A DNA stretch of 43,025 nt from Thalassovita sp. (GCA_033723255.1 JAWVXM010000001.1:1-43025); one strand, 5' to 3'; positions 9,185-18,293 are shown, counted from the stretch's first letter. Made by a program: numbers and translations. Notes: generated by a model from the sequence alone, not told the origin.

Positions 9185-11449
9185 ATGAAACAGGAGAGGG
9201 ACTTGGAATACGGGCGGCTCATCCGGGTGCGCGGGCAGGTGCAGGGGGTCGGGTTCCGGCCCTTCATCTGGCAACTGGCGCAGCGGATGGGGATGCGCGG
9301 CGAGGTTCTGAACGATCCCGAAGGTGTGCTGATCCGCGTATCCGGCAAGGACCTGGACGCCTTTGAGGTCGCCCTCCGCACAGAGGCGCCGGAAATGGCG
9401 CGGATCGATGCGGTGGAAAGTACGATCTTGGATTTCGAACCGGGGCCCGGGTTCGAGATCGGGACTTCGAAGGGGCAGGGGGCGGACACGCGGGTGACAC
9501 CGGATGCCGCGACCTGTCCGGACTGCCTGGCCGAGATCCGCGATCCCGGCGACCGGCGTTTCCGTTATCCCTTCGCCAATTGCACCCGTTGCGGCCCGCG
9601 TTTCACGATCCTAAAATCGCTGCCCTATGACCGGGCGCGCACAACGATGGCGGATTTTCCGATGTGCCCGGAATGCGCCGCGGAATATGCCGATCCGGGC
9701 GACCGGCGCTTCCATGCCCAGCCGTTGGCCTGCCCGGCCTGCGGGCCGCAGCTGTGGCTGGAAGCCGGTGGGAGGGAACTGCCGGGTGACCCGATCGCAC
9801 TGGCCGCCGAAAGGCTGGCGCGGGGCGAGGTCCTGGCGATCAAGGGGCTGGGCGGGTTTCACCTTTGCGTCGATGCACGCCAGCAGCAGGCGGTGGCGCT
9901 GCTGCGACGGCGCAAACACAGGCCGGGCAAGCCCTTTGCGCTGATGGCGGATGCGCAAACCATCGCGCGCCATGCCGAGGTCAGCGCCGAGGAATGGGCC
10001 CTGTTGCGCGATCCAGCCGCGCCCATCGTTTTGCTGCGTAAACGGGGGGAGGCCTTGCCCGAGGAACTGGCCCCGGGACTGGATGCTCTGGGCTGGATGC
10101 TGCCCTATATGCCGCTGAACCATCTGCTGCTCGATGCGGCCGGCGGGCCGTTGGTGATGACCAGCGGCAACCTGTCCGGCGAACCGCAGGCGATCGTCAA
10201 TCAGGACGCGCGCGACACGCTGAAGGGGTTTGCCGATGCGTTTCTGATGCACGACCGGGACATCGCGCGGCGGCTGGACGACAGTGTAGAGCGGGTGACG
10301 GCGCAGGGGCCGATGGGGCTGCGCCGGGCGCGGGGGCGGGTGCCGGGCACGTTGCCGCTGCCCGAAGGGTTCGGTGACGCGCCGCAGGTGGTTGCATATG
10401 GTGGCCAGAGGAAATCTGCGATCTGTCTTTTGAAGAGCGGCCAGGCGTTGCTGGGCCACCATCTGGGCGATCTGGATCAGGTGTTGAGCTGGGATGCCTT
10501 CCTGCAGACCGACCGGGATTATGCCGCGCTGTTCGATCACCAGCCCGAAGTGGTGGCCTGCGACCTGCATCCGGAATTCCGCGCCTCGCGCCATGCGGCG
10601 GACCGCGCGGCGGCCTTAGAGAAACCATTGGTCGAGGTGCAGCATCATCACGCCCATCTGGCCTCCTGTTTGGGTGAAAACGGCTGGCCCTTGCAGGGGG
10701 GCAAGGTGGCCGGGATCGTTCTGGACGGGCTTGGGCTGGGATCGGACGGCACGATCTGGGGCGGCGAGGTCCTGCTGGGGGATTGTCGCGGTTTCGAACG
10801 GCGGGCATGGCTCAGGCCCGCGCCGCTGATCGGTGGTGACAGGGCGCAGGCGGAACCTTGGCGCAACGCGTTGGCGCGGCTGGACCAGGCCGGGCTGGGG
10901 AACTGGGCCGATGAGCTGTTTCCCGGTGCGGCGCTGGCGCAGGCGCGGCAGGCGATGACGGCCGGGATCAATGCGCCGTTGTCATCCTCGGCGGGGCGGC
11001 TTTTCGATGCCGTGGCGGCGTGTCTCGGGATCTGTCCGATGGGGCAAAGCTATGAAGGGGAAGCCGCGATGCGGCTGGAGGCTTTGGCGGGCGCCACCGA
11101 CGATTTCGGATTTCCGTTCGACCGCGCTGGTCCAGCGATCGACCCGGCGCCGATGTTCCGGGCCTTGCGGGCAGAGCTTTTGGCAGGGCAGGGCCCCGGT
11201 GACATATCCGCCCGATTCCATGCCGGTCTGGCCCGCAGTTTCGCGACAGCCGCGCGGGAATTGGTGGAAAGCGGCGAGGCGCGGGCGGTGGCGCTTTCGG
11301 GAGGGTGTTTTCAGAACCCGCTCTTACTTTCCGAAACGGTGAGATGTCTGGGCGATATCCCGGTGCTGATCCATCGTCAGGTTCCCGCCAATGATGGCGG
11401 CCTGGCGCTTGGTCAGGCATTGGTGGCCGCGGCACGGGTGATCGGGTGA
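9185..11449 (+). CDS. hypF: Carbamoyltransferase HypF
   Basis: Acylphosphatase GQVQGVGFRP, two zinc fingers (CPDC/CTRC, CPEC/CPAC), IKGLGGFHL, MTSGN, QHHHAH, SSAGRLFDA, LSGGCFQN, PANDGG. Confidence 0.97.
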   Translation: MKQERDLEYGRLIRVRGQVQGVGFRPFIWQLAQRMGMRGEVLNDPEGVLIRVSGKDLDAFEVALRTEAPEMARIDAVESTILDFEPGPGFEIGTSKGQGADTRVTPDAATCPDCLAEIRDPGDRRFRYPFANCTRCGPRFTILKSLPYDRARTTMADFPMCPECAAEYADPGDRRFHAQPLACPACGPQLWLEAGGRELPGDPIALAAERLARGEVLAIKGLGGFHLCVDARQQQAVALLRRRKHRPGKPFALMADAQTIARHAEVSAEEWALLRDPAAPIVLLRKRGEALPEELAPGLDALGWMLPYMPLNHLLLDAAGGPLVMTSGNLSGEPQAIVNQDARDTLKGFADAFLMHDRDIARRLDDSVERVTAQGPMGLRRARGRVPGTLPLPEGFGDAPQVVAYGGQRKSAICLLKSGQALLGHHLGDLDQVLSWDAFLQTDRDYAALFDHQPEVVACDLHPEFRASRHAADRAAALEKPLVEVQHHHAHLASCLGENGWPLQGGKVAGIVLDGLGLGSDGTIWGGEVLLGDCRGFERRAWLRPAPLIGGDRAQAEPWRNALARLDQAGLGNWADELFPGAALAQARQAMTAGINAPLSSSAGRLFDAVAACLGICPMGQSYEGEAAMRLEALAGATDDFGFPFDRAGPAIDPAPMFRALRAELLAGQGPGDISARFHAGLARSFATAARELVESGEARAVALSGGCFQNPLLLSETVRCLGDIPVLIHRQVPANDGGLALGQALVAAARVIG

Positions 11450-11565
11450 GGGGAAGGGCGGCGATCCGCATCGACGGTTGAACAGATGCTTGCCCCCGGT
11501 GGGGCCCCTGCGCCATTGTTGCACCAGCCGGGAAAGCCGATAACCGCCGGGGAAAGAGCCGCGCC

Positions 11566-11907
11566 ATGCATGAAATGTCGCTTTGTGAAGGGATCCGTGA
11601 GGTGATCGAGGATCAGGCGCGCCAGCAGCCGATCAGGGCGGTGAAGGTGGTGCGGCTGGAAATCGGGCGGTTTTCCTGCGTCGAGAAGCAGGCGCTGGAA
11701 TTCGCCTTCGACGTGGTGATGCGCGGATCAGTGGCCGAAGGCGCGCGGTTGATCATGCTGGACGTGGCGGGCCGGGCAATGTGCTATGACTGCATGAAGG
11801 AAGTCGAAATCGACGACCGCTTCGCCCCTTGTTCGGATTGCGGGGGCACCACGCTGATGCCGGTGGCTGGCAGCGAGATGAGGATCAAGGATCTGGAGGT
11901 GATCTGA
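11566..11907 (+). CDS. hypA: Nickel metallochaperone HypA
   Basis: MHEMS N-terminus, two CxxC motifs, 113 aa. Confidence 0.96.
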   Translation: MHEMSLCEGIREVIEDQARQQPIRAVKVVRLEIGRFSCVEKQALEFAFDVVMRGSVAEGARLIMLDVAGRAMCYDCMKEVEIDDRFAPCSDCGGTTLMPVAGSEMRIKDLEVI

Positions 11908-12695
11908 TGTGCACGGTTTGCGGATGCGGAACGGCGAAGGTGGAAGAACACGGCCATCATCATCATCACGGCGACCTGCATTTCGGTCATGGACCGGCGG
12001 GTGTGGAAGTGCCGGGGATGAGCCCGGAAAGGCTGATCGAGATCGAAACCGGCATCTTGTCGAAGAATGACCGCTACGCCGCCGCGAACCGGCAGGTTCT
12101 TCAGCAGCGGGGCATTTTCGCGCTCAACCTCGTGTCTTCGCCGGGATCGGGCAAGACCGCGCTCCTGTGCCGGACGATCGAGGCGCTTGGCGATCATCCC
12201 CCGGCGGTGATCGAGGGGGATCAGCAGACCGCCAACGATGCCGACCGGATCCGGGCCACCGGCGCCCAGGCGGTGCAGGTCAATACCGGCAAGGGCTGCC
12301 ATCTGGACGCGCACATGGTCGGTCACGCGATGGAGCGGCTGGAGATCGCGCCGGGATCGATCCTGTTCATCGAAAATGTCGGTAACCTGGTCTGTCCCGC
12401 AGGCTTCGACCTGGGCGAGGACTGCAAGGTGGCGATCCTCAGCGTCACAGAGGGCGAGGACAAGCCGCTGAAATATCCCGACATGTTCACGGCCTCCAAA
12501 CTGGCGCTGCTGAACAAGGTCGACCTGGCGCCATATTGCGATGTCGATCTGGACCTTTACGAGGCCAACCTGCGCCGGGTGAACCCGGGGATCGGGATCA
12601 TCCGCATCAGCGCCCGGACCGGCGAGGGAATGCAGGATTGGATCGACTGGCTGGGGAGAAACCTTGCCCGCAAATCGCCGAAGGCGGCGGAATGA
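11907..12695 (+). CDS. hypB: Nickel-insertion GTPase HypB
   Basis: Starts MCTVCGC at ATG 11907, overlapping the hypA stop; His-rich stretch, [26 protein letters not shown]. Confidence 0.96.
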   Translation: MCTVCGCGTAKVEEHGHHHHHGDLHFGHGPAGVEVPGMSPERLIEIETGILSKNDRYAAANRQVLQQRGIFALNLVSSPGSGKTALLCRTIEALGDHPPAVIEGDQQTANDADRIRATGAQAVQVNTGKGCHLDAHMVGHAMERLEIAPGSILFIENVGNLVCPAGFDLGEDCKVAILSVTEGEDKPLKYPDMFTASKLALLNKVDLAPYCDVDLDLYEANLRRVNPGIGIIRISARTGEGMQDWIDWLGRNLARKSPKAAE

Positions 12696-12720
12696 AGATC
12701 AATTATGCGTCGTATGGTGT

Positions 12721-12742
12721 TGATATAATGTCATTAATGACA
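12721..12742 (+). promoter_or_regulatory. Candidate internal promoter and operator upstream of hypC
   Basis: Extended -10 TGaTATAAT (12721-12729) overlapping the perfect palindrome TGTCATTAATGACA (12729-12742) in an AT-rich 70-bp gap. Confidence 0.45.
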
Positions 12743-12765
12743 CCTTTAAGAAGGATTGTTCAGAC

Positions 12766-13056
12766 ATGTGCCTAGGCATTCCCGCGCAGATCGTTGCGGT
12801 GACCGACCCGGATCGGATGATGGCCATGGCCGAGGTGTCGGGGGTCCGGCGCGAAGTCAGCGTGGCCCCCGTTGCCGGCGGCGCGCTGGAGGATCTGGTC
12901 GGCAAGTGGACGCTGATCCATGTCGGTTTCGCGATGGCGCTGATCGACGAGGACGAGGCGGCGGCGACGTTGGAGGCGCTGCGCGATCTGGGCGAGGCGC
13001 AGGAGGCGCTCGATGCCATGGCCGCGGGGGACGCGGCAATCGAGGGCGGGCGATGA
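12766..13056 (+). CDS. hypC: Hydrogenase chaperone HypC
   Basis: MCLGIP N-terminus, LIHVGFAM. Confidence 0.95.
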   Translation: MCLGIPAQIVAVTDPDRMMAMAEVSGVRREVSVAPVAGGALEDLVGKWTLIHVGFAMALIDEDEAAATLEALRDLGEAQEALDAMAAGDAAIEGGR

Positions 13057-14189
13057 AATACGCCGAGGAATTCCGCGACCCGAAGGCGGCCAAGGCGCTG
13101 CTGGCGCAGATCGCCGCCGTTGCCGATCAGATCGGGGCGCGCCGGGATAAACCGGTTCGTATCATGGAAATCTGCGGCGGCCATACCCACGCGATTTTCC
13201 GCTATGGGCTCGACAAGCTGGTGCATGAGGGGATCGAATTCATCCACGGCCCCGGCTGCCCGGTCTGCGTTCTGCCGATGCGCCGCATCGACGAATGCAT
13301 CGAGATCGCCGAGAGGGAAAACGTGATTTTCACAACTTTCGGCGACGCGATGCGGGTGCCTGGCACGAAGAAATCACTGCTCCAGGCCAAGGCCGGCGGC
13401 GCCGATATCCGCATGGTCTATTCGCCGCTCGATGCGCTGGAACTGGCGCGGCGCAACCCGGACAGGGAAGTGGTGTTCTTCGGGCTGGGGTTCGAGGCCA
13501 CCACGCCACCGACCGCGCTGTCGATCCAACAGGCGGCCCGCGAGGGGCTGGGCAATTTCAGCGTGTTCTGCAATCACATCACCGTGCCGCCGCCGATCCG
13601 CGCGCTGCTTGACGATCCGCATATGGTGCTGGACGGGTTCGTCGGGCCGGGCCATGTCAGCATGGTGATCGGCACCCATCCTTATGATTTCATCAGCCGC
13701 GATTACGGCAAGCCGATCGTGGTGGCCGGGTTCGAACCGCTGGATCTGCTGCAATCGGTGCTGATGGTGCTGCAACAGATCCGCGACGGTCGGGCCGAGG
13801 TGGAAAACCAATATGCAAGGGTGGTGCCGGAACATGGCAACCCGGTCAGCCTTGCCGCCATCGCCGATGTCTATGAATCGCGCCCGAGCTTCGAATGGCG
13901 CGGGCTGGGCGAGATCGATGAAAGCGGGTTGCGGATCAGGGAGGCTTTTCGGGAATACGACGCGGAACGGAAATTTCGCATCGGCTATGGCGCTCGCAGG
14001 GTGCCGGTCGCGGAACCCGAGGGCTGTGCCTGCGGCGCGGTGATGAGCGGTCGGATGAAACCGGTGGACTGTCCTCAATTCGGGCGCGGCTGCACGCCCG
14101 AGATGCCGCTTGGCGCGCTGATGGTCAGTTCCGAAGGCGCCTGCGCGGCCTATTTCCAATATGGCGGCGCCCGGGCGGTGGCGGAATAG
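13053..14189 (+). CDS. hypD: Hydrogenase maturation scaffold HypD
   Basis: True start ATG 13053 (MKYAEEFRD); CGGHTH, GPGCPVC, PGHVS and the C-terminal Fe-S cysteines are present. The GFETT motif reads GFEAT. Confidence 0.95.
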   Translation: MKYAEEFRDPKAAKALLAQIAAVADQIGARRDKPVRIMEICGGHTHAIFRYGLDKLVHEGIEFIHGPGCPVCVLPMRRIDECIEIAERENVIFTTFGDAMRVPGTKKSLLQAKAGGADIRMVYSPLDALELARRNPDREVVFFGLGFEATTPPTALSIQQAAREGLGNFSVFCNHITVPPPIRALLDDPHMVLDGFVGPGHVSMVIGTHPYDFISRDYGKPIVVAGFEPLDLLQSVLMVLQQIRDGRAEVENQYARVVPEHGNPVSLAAIADVYESRPSFEWRGLGEIDESGLRIREAFREYDAERKFRIGYGARRVPVAEPEGCACGAVMSGRMKPVDCPQFGRGCTPEMPLGALMVSSEGACAAYFQYGGARAVAE

Positions 14190-14251
14190 GGGGGCGCTGC
14201 CGCGTCGTGCATATGCGCGACTCCCCGGGATGTTTTTGAAAAGAAGAAGAT
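14190..14251. repeat. Short palindromic intergenic element (REP/MITE-like)
   Basis: GGGGGCGCTGCC, inner hairpin GTCGTGCATATGCGCGAC (14204-14221), then CCCCGGGATGTTTTTGAAAAGAAGAAG. It resembles, from memory, a dispersed Rhodobacteraceae repeat; a possible degenerate copy lies at 8519-8549. Confidence 0.4.
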
Positions 14252-14254
14252 GAG

Positions 14255-15277
14255 ATGGTGCTGAGAGACGAAAGGGTGACGCTGGCCCATGGTGGCGGTG
14301 GCAGGGCGATGCGGGACCTGATCGAAGAGGTTTTCACCTCCGTTTTTCGCCCCCCATGCATGGAAGATCAGGCGCGGTTGCAGGCGCAGGCGCTGGCCGA
14401 ACCCGGGGCGCGGCTGGCCTTCACGACCGACAGTTTCGTGGTCGACCCGGTTGAATTCCCCGGCGGCGATATCGGCAAGATCGCGGTCTGCGGCACGGTG
14501 AACGACCTTGCCGTGGGCGGGGCGAAACCTCTCTGGCTGTCGGCGGCCTTCATCATCGAGGAAGGCACCGAGGTGGCGCTGTTGCGCCGGATCGTGGCTT
14601 CGATGGCGGCGGAGGCGGAAAAGGCGGGGGTGCAGATCGTCACCGGCGACACCAAGGTGGTCGGGCGCGGGATGGCGGACAAGGTTTTCGTCACCACCTC
14701 CGGGATTGGGGTAATCCCGTCGGGGCGCGACCTTGCGGCGGAACATGTCCGGGCGGGGGATGTGGCGATCGTCAACGGCGTGCTGGGCGATCACGGGGCG
14801 GCGATCCTTGCCGCGCGCGGCGACATGGCGCTGAGCAGCGGGATCATTTCCGATTGCCGGGGGCTTGGCCACCTTATGGAGGCCGTGATCGCGGCGGCGC
14901 CGGGTATTCGTGCGGCGCGCGATGCGACACGGGGCGGGGTGGCGGCGGTTCTGAACGAGATCGCGGCGGAGGCAGGTGTGGCGATCGAGATCGACGAGAC
15001 CGCGTTGCCGCTGCGGGCCGAGGTGAAGGGGGTGTGCGAAATCTTAGGGCTTGATCCGCTCTACCTTGCCAATGAAGGGACGCTGGTTCTGTTCGTGCCG
15101 CGAGATCAGGCCGAGGCGGCGCAGGCGGCAATGCGCGGAACATCGGCGGGGCGCGATGCCACGGTGATCGGGCGGGTCGTAGCCGGCGCGGCAGGCCGCG
15201 TTACCCTGCGCACGGCCTTCGGGGGGGCACGCATCATCGACACGCTGGTCGGAGAACAGTTGCCGCGCATCTGCTGA
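14255..15277 (+). CDS. hypE: Carbamoyl dehydratase HypE
   Basis: LAHGGGG, FTTDSFVV, GTVNDL, VTGDTKVV, RDATRGG, ANEG, C-terminal PRIC. Confidence 0.97.
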   Translation: MVLRDERVTLAHGGGGRAMRDLIEEVFTSVFRPPCMEDQARLQAQALAEPGARLAFTTDSFVVDPVEFPGGDIGKIAVCGTVNDLAVGGAKPLWLSAAFIIEEGTEVALLRRIVASMAAEAEKAGVQIVTGDTKVVGRGMADKVFVTTSGIGVIPSGRDLAAEHVRAGDVAIVNGVLGDHGAAILAARGDMALSSGIISDCRGLGHLMEAVIAAAPGIRAARDATRGGVAAVLNEIAAEAGVAIEIDETALPLRAEVKGVCEILGLDPLYLANEGTLVLFVPRDQAEAAQAAMRGTSAGRDATVIGRVVAGAAGRVTLRTAFGGARIIDTLVGEQLPRIC

Positions 15278-15502
15278 AACGGAAAGACAATTTCCGGGGG
15301 TCGCGGCCGGCTTTTCGCGTTTCGGGCGATCATTGCCCTGTGGGCATACATACTTTCGACCGGGCGCCCGTCATTTTGCGCTGCTCGATTGTCCCTAAGC
15401 GACGTGGATTCAAGCAGGATGGAGTGCAATTATGGTTTCAGGCGGTCGGAAGCCGCCGAAGAACAAATGCTTCGCACGAGGATAGTAGAAAAGGAGTCCG
15501 CT

Positions 15503-15679
15503 ATGTCGTTCCAGTTTCAACCCTCCGATTTGGCTGACAGCACTCTTGTCCATGTTCCGTCTTCCCCCCAGAAGAAGGAATTCTCACTGACAACGAGATG
15601 GTGGATGCTGCCTCTTCTTTCCAGCGGCGCTTTGTTCTGGTTCTGGTTCGTCCCCACGGTTGCCCAGAACCTGTCCTGA
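15503..15679 (+). CDS. Small hypothetical membrane protein (58 aa, one Trp-rich TM segment)
   Basis: AAGGAG RBS before ATG 15503; RWWMLPLLSSGALFWFWFV hydrophobic segment. Confidence 0.5.
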   Translation: MSFQFQPSDLADSTLVHVPSSPQKKEFSLTTRWWMLPLLSSGALFWFWFVPTVAQNLS

Positions 15680-15833
15680 TCTGCAGGGGTAGGTCCCGTC
15701 CCCCAGAGTGCCTGCTCCTGCAACTCTCTCTCGTCCTTTCTCAGGCGAACAGGGTGTGCCATTGGCACGCCCTGTTTCGTTTCAGCGCCGCTCCCGGTCG
15801 TCCGTGTCGGCGTCGATATCTGCATGATCCGCG

Positions 15834-16040
15834 TCAGGCCGGACGAAACCAGCGGGCCACCATCGCGATCTGAAAGCGCAATGCGCCCGACAGGCTGAGA
15901 ATGGCGCAGGTGCCCAGCACGAACACGCGGAAGGGATCGTTTTCAGTGGTTGCGGCTTCTGCAATGAGCCACAGACCGACCCCGAGAAAACAGAGCGTGG
16001 AAATCATTTGCCCGACAGATCCGCTGTGCTTGTTACTCAT
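15834..16040 (-). CDS. Small hypothetical membrane protein (68 aa, two TM segments) after flhB
   Basis: AAGGAGA RBS before ATG 16040; two hydrophobic helices. Confidence 0.6.
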   Translation of the reverse strand: MSNKHSGSVGQMISTLCFLGVGLWLIAEAATTENDPFRVFVLGTCAILSLSGALRFQIAMVARWFRPA

Positions 16041-16060
16041 CGACTGGTCTCCTTTCCCGG

Positions 16061-17209
16061 TCATCTTGCAGCATTCATGCCATTTTCGTCGAAGCGGAAG
16101 TCTTTCGGCAGGTCGATATCGGGCATATCGGCGGCGTCGCCCTGATCGAGCTGATAGATATAGGCCAGTATCGTCGCCACGGCGGCGTAAAGTTCGGGGT
16201 GGATTTCGCCGCCCAGCTGGCTGGTGAAATAGATCGCACGGGCGAGGGGCGGGGCTTCAAGAATGCGTATGTCGTGTTCGGACGCGCGTTCGCGGATCTG
16301 GAAGGCCATCGCCCCTTCGCCAAGCGCCAGGACGATCGGTGCCGCGGTTTCACCCGGCACATAGCGCAGCGCGACCGAGAAGTGTTTCGGGTTGGTGATC
16401 ACCGCGGTGGCATCGGGCACGTCGTCCAGCGCGGCCCGGCGCGCCGCCCCCTGCTGGGAAGCCTCCATCTGCTTGCGCCGGATTGCGCCCTTGATTTCGG
16501 GCGACCCTTCGGTCTGCTTGGCCTCGTCCTTCACTTCCTGCTTGGTCATCTTCAGGTTCTTGTTCATGCTGAAGGCCTGCCAGAACAGGTCGATCGCCCC
16601 GATCACCGCCAGGCCCAGAACCACCGCGGACAGCACGCGGTAGGTGACCTGAGACAGGGTCGACAGGCCCTGTCCGACGGTCATGAAGGCCGTGGTGTCG
16701 AGGATGGGAAGCCATTGCCACAAGACCAGCCCGGCCAAGCCACCGAGCAGGAAAACCTTCAGCAGCGCCTTGCCCAGTTCGACCAGCGCTTTCATCGACA
16801 CCATGCGGCCGATGCCCTTGAGGAGGTTGAACTTGTCGAATTTCGGCTGCAGGTTCTTGCCGGAGAAGACAAGCCCCCCCATCGCGGCCTGGATCGCAAG
16901 GGTCGCGATCAGAAGCGGCACGCCGACCGCCAATGAAATCAGCCCGACATATTTCGTGGCGGCCAGAATCCGGGTCGCGATCAGCATGTCCAGTGTTTCT
17001 GCGGTCTCGAAGCGGAAAAAGCTGCTCCAGGCAGTGACCAGAGCGGGGCCATAGAGGCCCGCCCCCATCAGGATCACGATCGCCCCGAGCATCGAGGCGA
17101 AGACGAACATTTCTTTGGAGGTAATGACCTTGCCGTCTTCTTTCGCATCCTGTTTCTTTTTCGGCGTCGGTTCCTCTGTCTTTTCCTGGCCGTCTTCGTT
17201 CTCAGCCAT
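16061..17209 (-). CDS. flhB: Flagellar export switch protein FlhB
   Basis: EKTEEPTPKK, KMTKQEVKDE.K.TEGSPEIK, NPKH autocleavage site, PPLARAIY. Confidence 0.96.
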   Translation of the reverse strand: MAENEDGQEKTEEPTPKKKQDAKEDGKVITSKEMFVFASMLGAIVILMGAGLYGPALVTAWSSFFRFETAETLDMLIATRILAATKYVGLISLAVGVPLLIATLAIQAAMGGLVFSGKNLQPKFDKFNLLKGIGRMVSMKALVELGKALLKVFLLGGLAGLVLWQWLPILDTTAFMTVGQGLSTLSQVTYRVLSAVVLGLAVIGAIDLFWQAFSMNKNLKMTKQEVKDEAKQTEGSPEIKGAIRRKQMEASQQGAARRAALDDVPDATAVITNPKHFSVALRYVPGETAAPIVLALGEGAMAFQIRERASEHDIRILEAPPLARAIYFTSQLGGEIHPELYAAVATILAYIYQLDQGDAADMPDIDLPKDFRFDENGMNAAR

Positions 17210-18020
17210 TTGCCGCCTCCGTCATCATTTGCATCAGCGCATCGATCGATGCCTGGATCAGCTTGTCCATCGCCATGCCGAGGATCGGCGCACCGAGATA
17301 GAGCAGGACGATGGTGACGGTCATGGTCAGCGGGAATCCGAAGGAAAAGATGTTGAGCTGCGGCGCCGAGCGGGTGATCACGCCGATCGCCATATTGACC
17401 ATCAGTAGAACCGAAACCACCGGCATCATCAGCTTGACCGCAAAGATGAACATTTCACCCGCCGCGGCAATGCCGGACTGGATCAGGATGCCGGTGTCGA
17501 AAACACTGCCCGGCGGGATGTAGACGTAGCTGTCGAGAATGATGCGCAGCGCCACCAGGTGGCTGTCGGAGGCGACGAAGAACACCATGAGCGCCAGGCT
17601 GAAAAGCTGCCCTACCACAGGGGCCTGCGTTCCCGAGGCCGGGTCGATCTGGGCGGCGAAACCAAGCCCGGCGGTCGCGGCGATCCGATCGCCGGCCATC
17701 ACGGCGGCGGAAAAGAAGATCATCAGCAGCAACCCGGCCGTCAGCCCGATGGCCAGTTCGCCAAGGATAAGCCCCACCGCCTGTGTCTGCATCAGGGTTC
17801 CGGGGGCGGGAAGTTCGGCATAGTTCACGATCGGGATAGTCAGGATGACGGACATCACGATGCGGACCTGCAGCGGGACGAAGCGGGCTCCGAAGACCGG
17901 CGCGGCGATCACGAAGCCGCCGATCCGCAGCATGGCGAAGAGAAACAGAACGGACATTTCGACCGCTTTGCCGATCTCGACGCCCGGCACGCCGGAATCA
18001 TATGAAATGAAGCCTTCCAC
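17202..18020 (-). CDS. fliR: Flagellar export gate protein FliR
   Basis: LRIGG...APVFG, GELAIGL, GLGFA..DP, RSAPQLNIFSFGFP. Confidence 0.95.
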   Translation of the reverse strand: MEGFISYDSGVPGVEIGKAVEMSVLFLFAMLRIGGFVIAAPVFGARFVPLQVRIVMSVILTIPIVNYAELPAPGTLMQTQAVGLILGELAIGLTAGLLLMIFFSAAVMAGDRIAATAGLGFAAQIDPASGTQAPVVGQLFSLALMVFFVASDSHLVALRIILDSYVYIPPGSVFDTGILIQSGIAAAGEMFIFAVKLMMPVVSVLLMVNMAIGVITRSAPQLNIFSFGFPLTMTVTIVLLYLGAPILGMAMDKLIQASIDALMQMMTEAANG

Positions 18021-18023
18021 GGC

Positions 18024-18290
18024 TCACTTCAAACCGGCAACCATGTCGAAGACATGGGTGAAGTAATCGCTGAGCGTGGTCATCATGAAACCCGAGGCCA
18101 GGGCCATGGTCAGCAACACGACCGCCAGTTTCGGCACGAAGCTGAGTGTCGCTTCGTTGATCGAGGTCGCAGCCTGGATGATCCCGACCAGGAGGCCTAC
18201 GGCAAGCGCGATGGCCAGAACCGGGCCTGCGGTCATCAGGATGTTCCAGTAGGCAAGCTTCAGCTGTTCGATATTGGCGTCGAAATCCAT
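18024..18290 (-). CDS. fliQ: Flagellar export gate protein FliQ
   Basis: GIIQAATSINEATLSFVPK, 88 aa. Confidence 0.96.
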   Translation of the reverse strand: MDFDANIEQLKLAYWNILMTAGPVLAIALAVGLLVGIIQAATSINEATLSFVPKLAVVLLTMALASGFMMTTLSDYFTHVFDMVAGLK

Positions 18291-18293
18291 CGC

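Noticed and set aside
11450-11574. hupK remnant, or sigma28 promoter (GCCGATAA at 11536-11543), before hypA
   Set aside because: The frame ending ...EPRHA* is closed by TAA a few codons upstream, and there is no TAAA -35 at 15-bp spacing.
2437-12695. Nickel-pincer nucleotide pathway suggested by nad genes near Ni chaperones
   Set aside because: No larB, larC, larE or larA; the PP-loop protein is a clear QueC.
12689-12740. FNR, NikR or dif site in the hypB-hypC gap
   Set aside because: Only half-sites, with wrong spacing for TTGAT-N4-ATCAA and GTATGA-N16-TCATAC; no XerD arm.
15517-15825. 102-aa minus-strand ORF
   Set aside because: Overlaps the better-supported 15503-15679 gene, has no clear RBS and no motifs.
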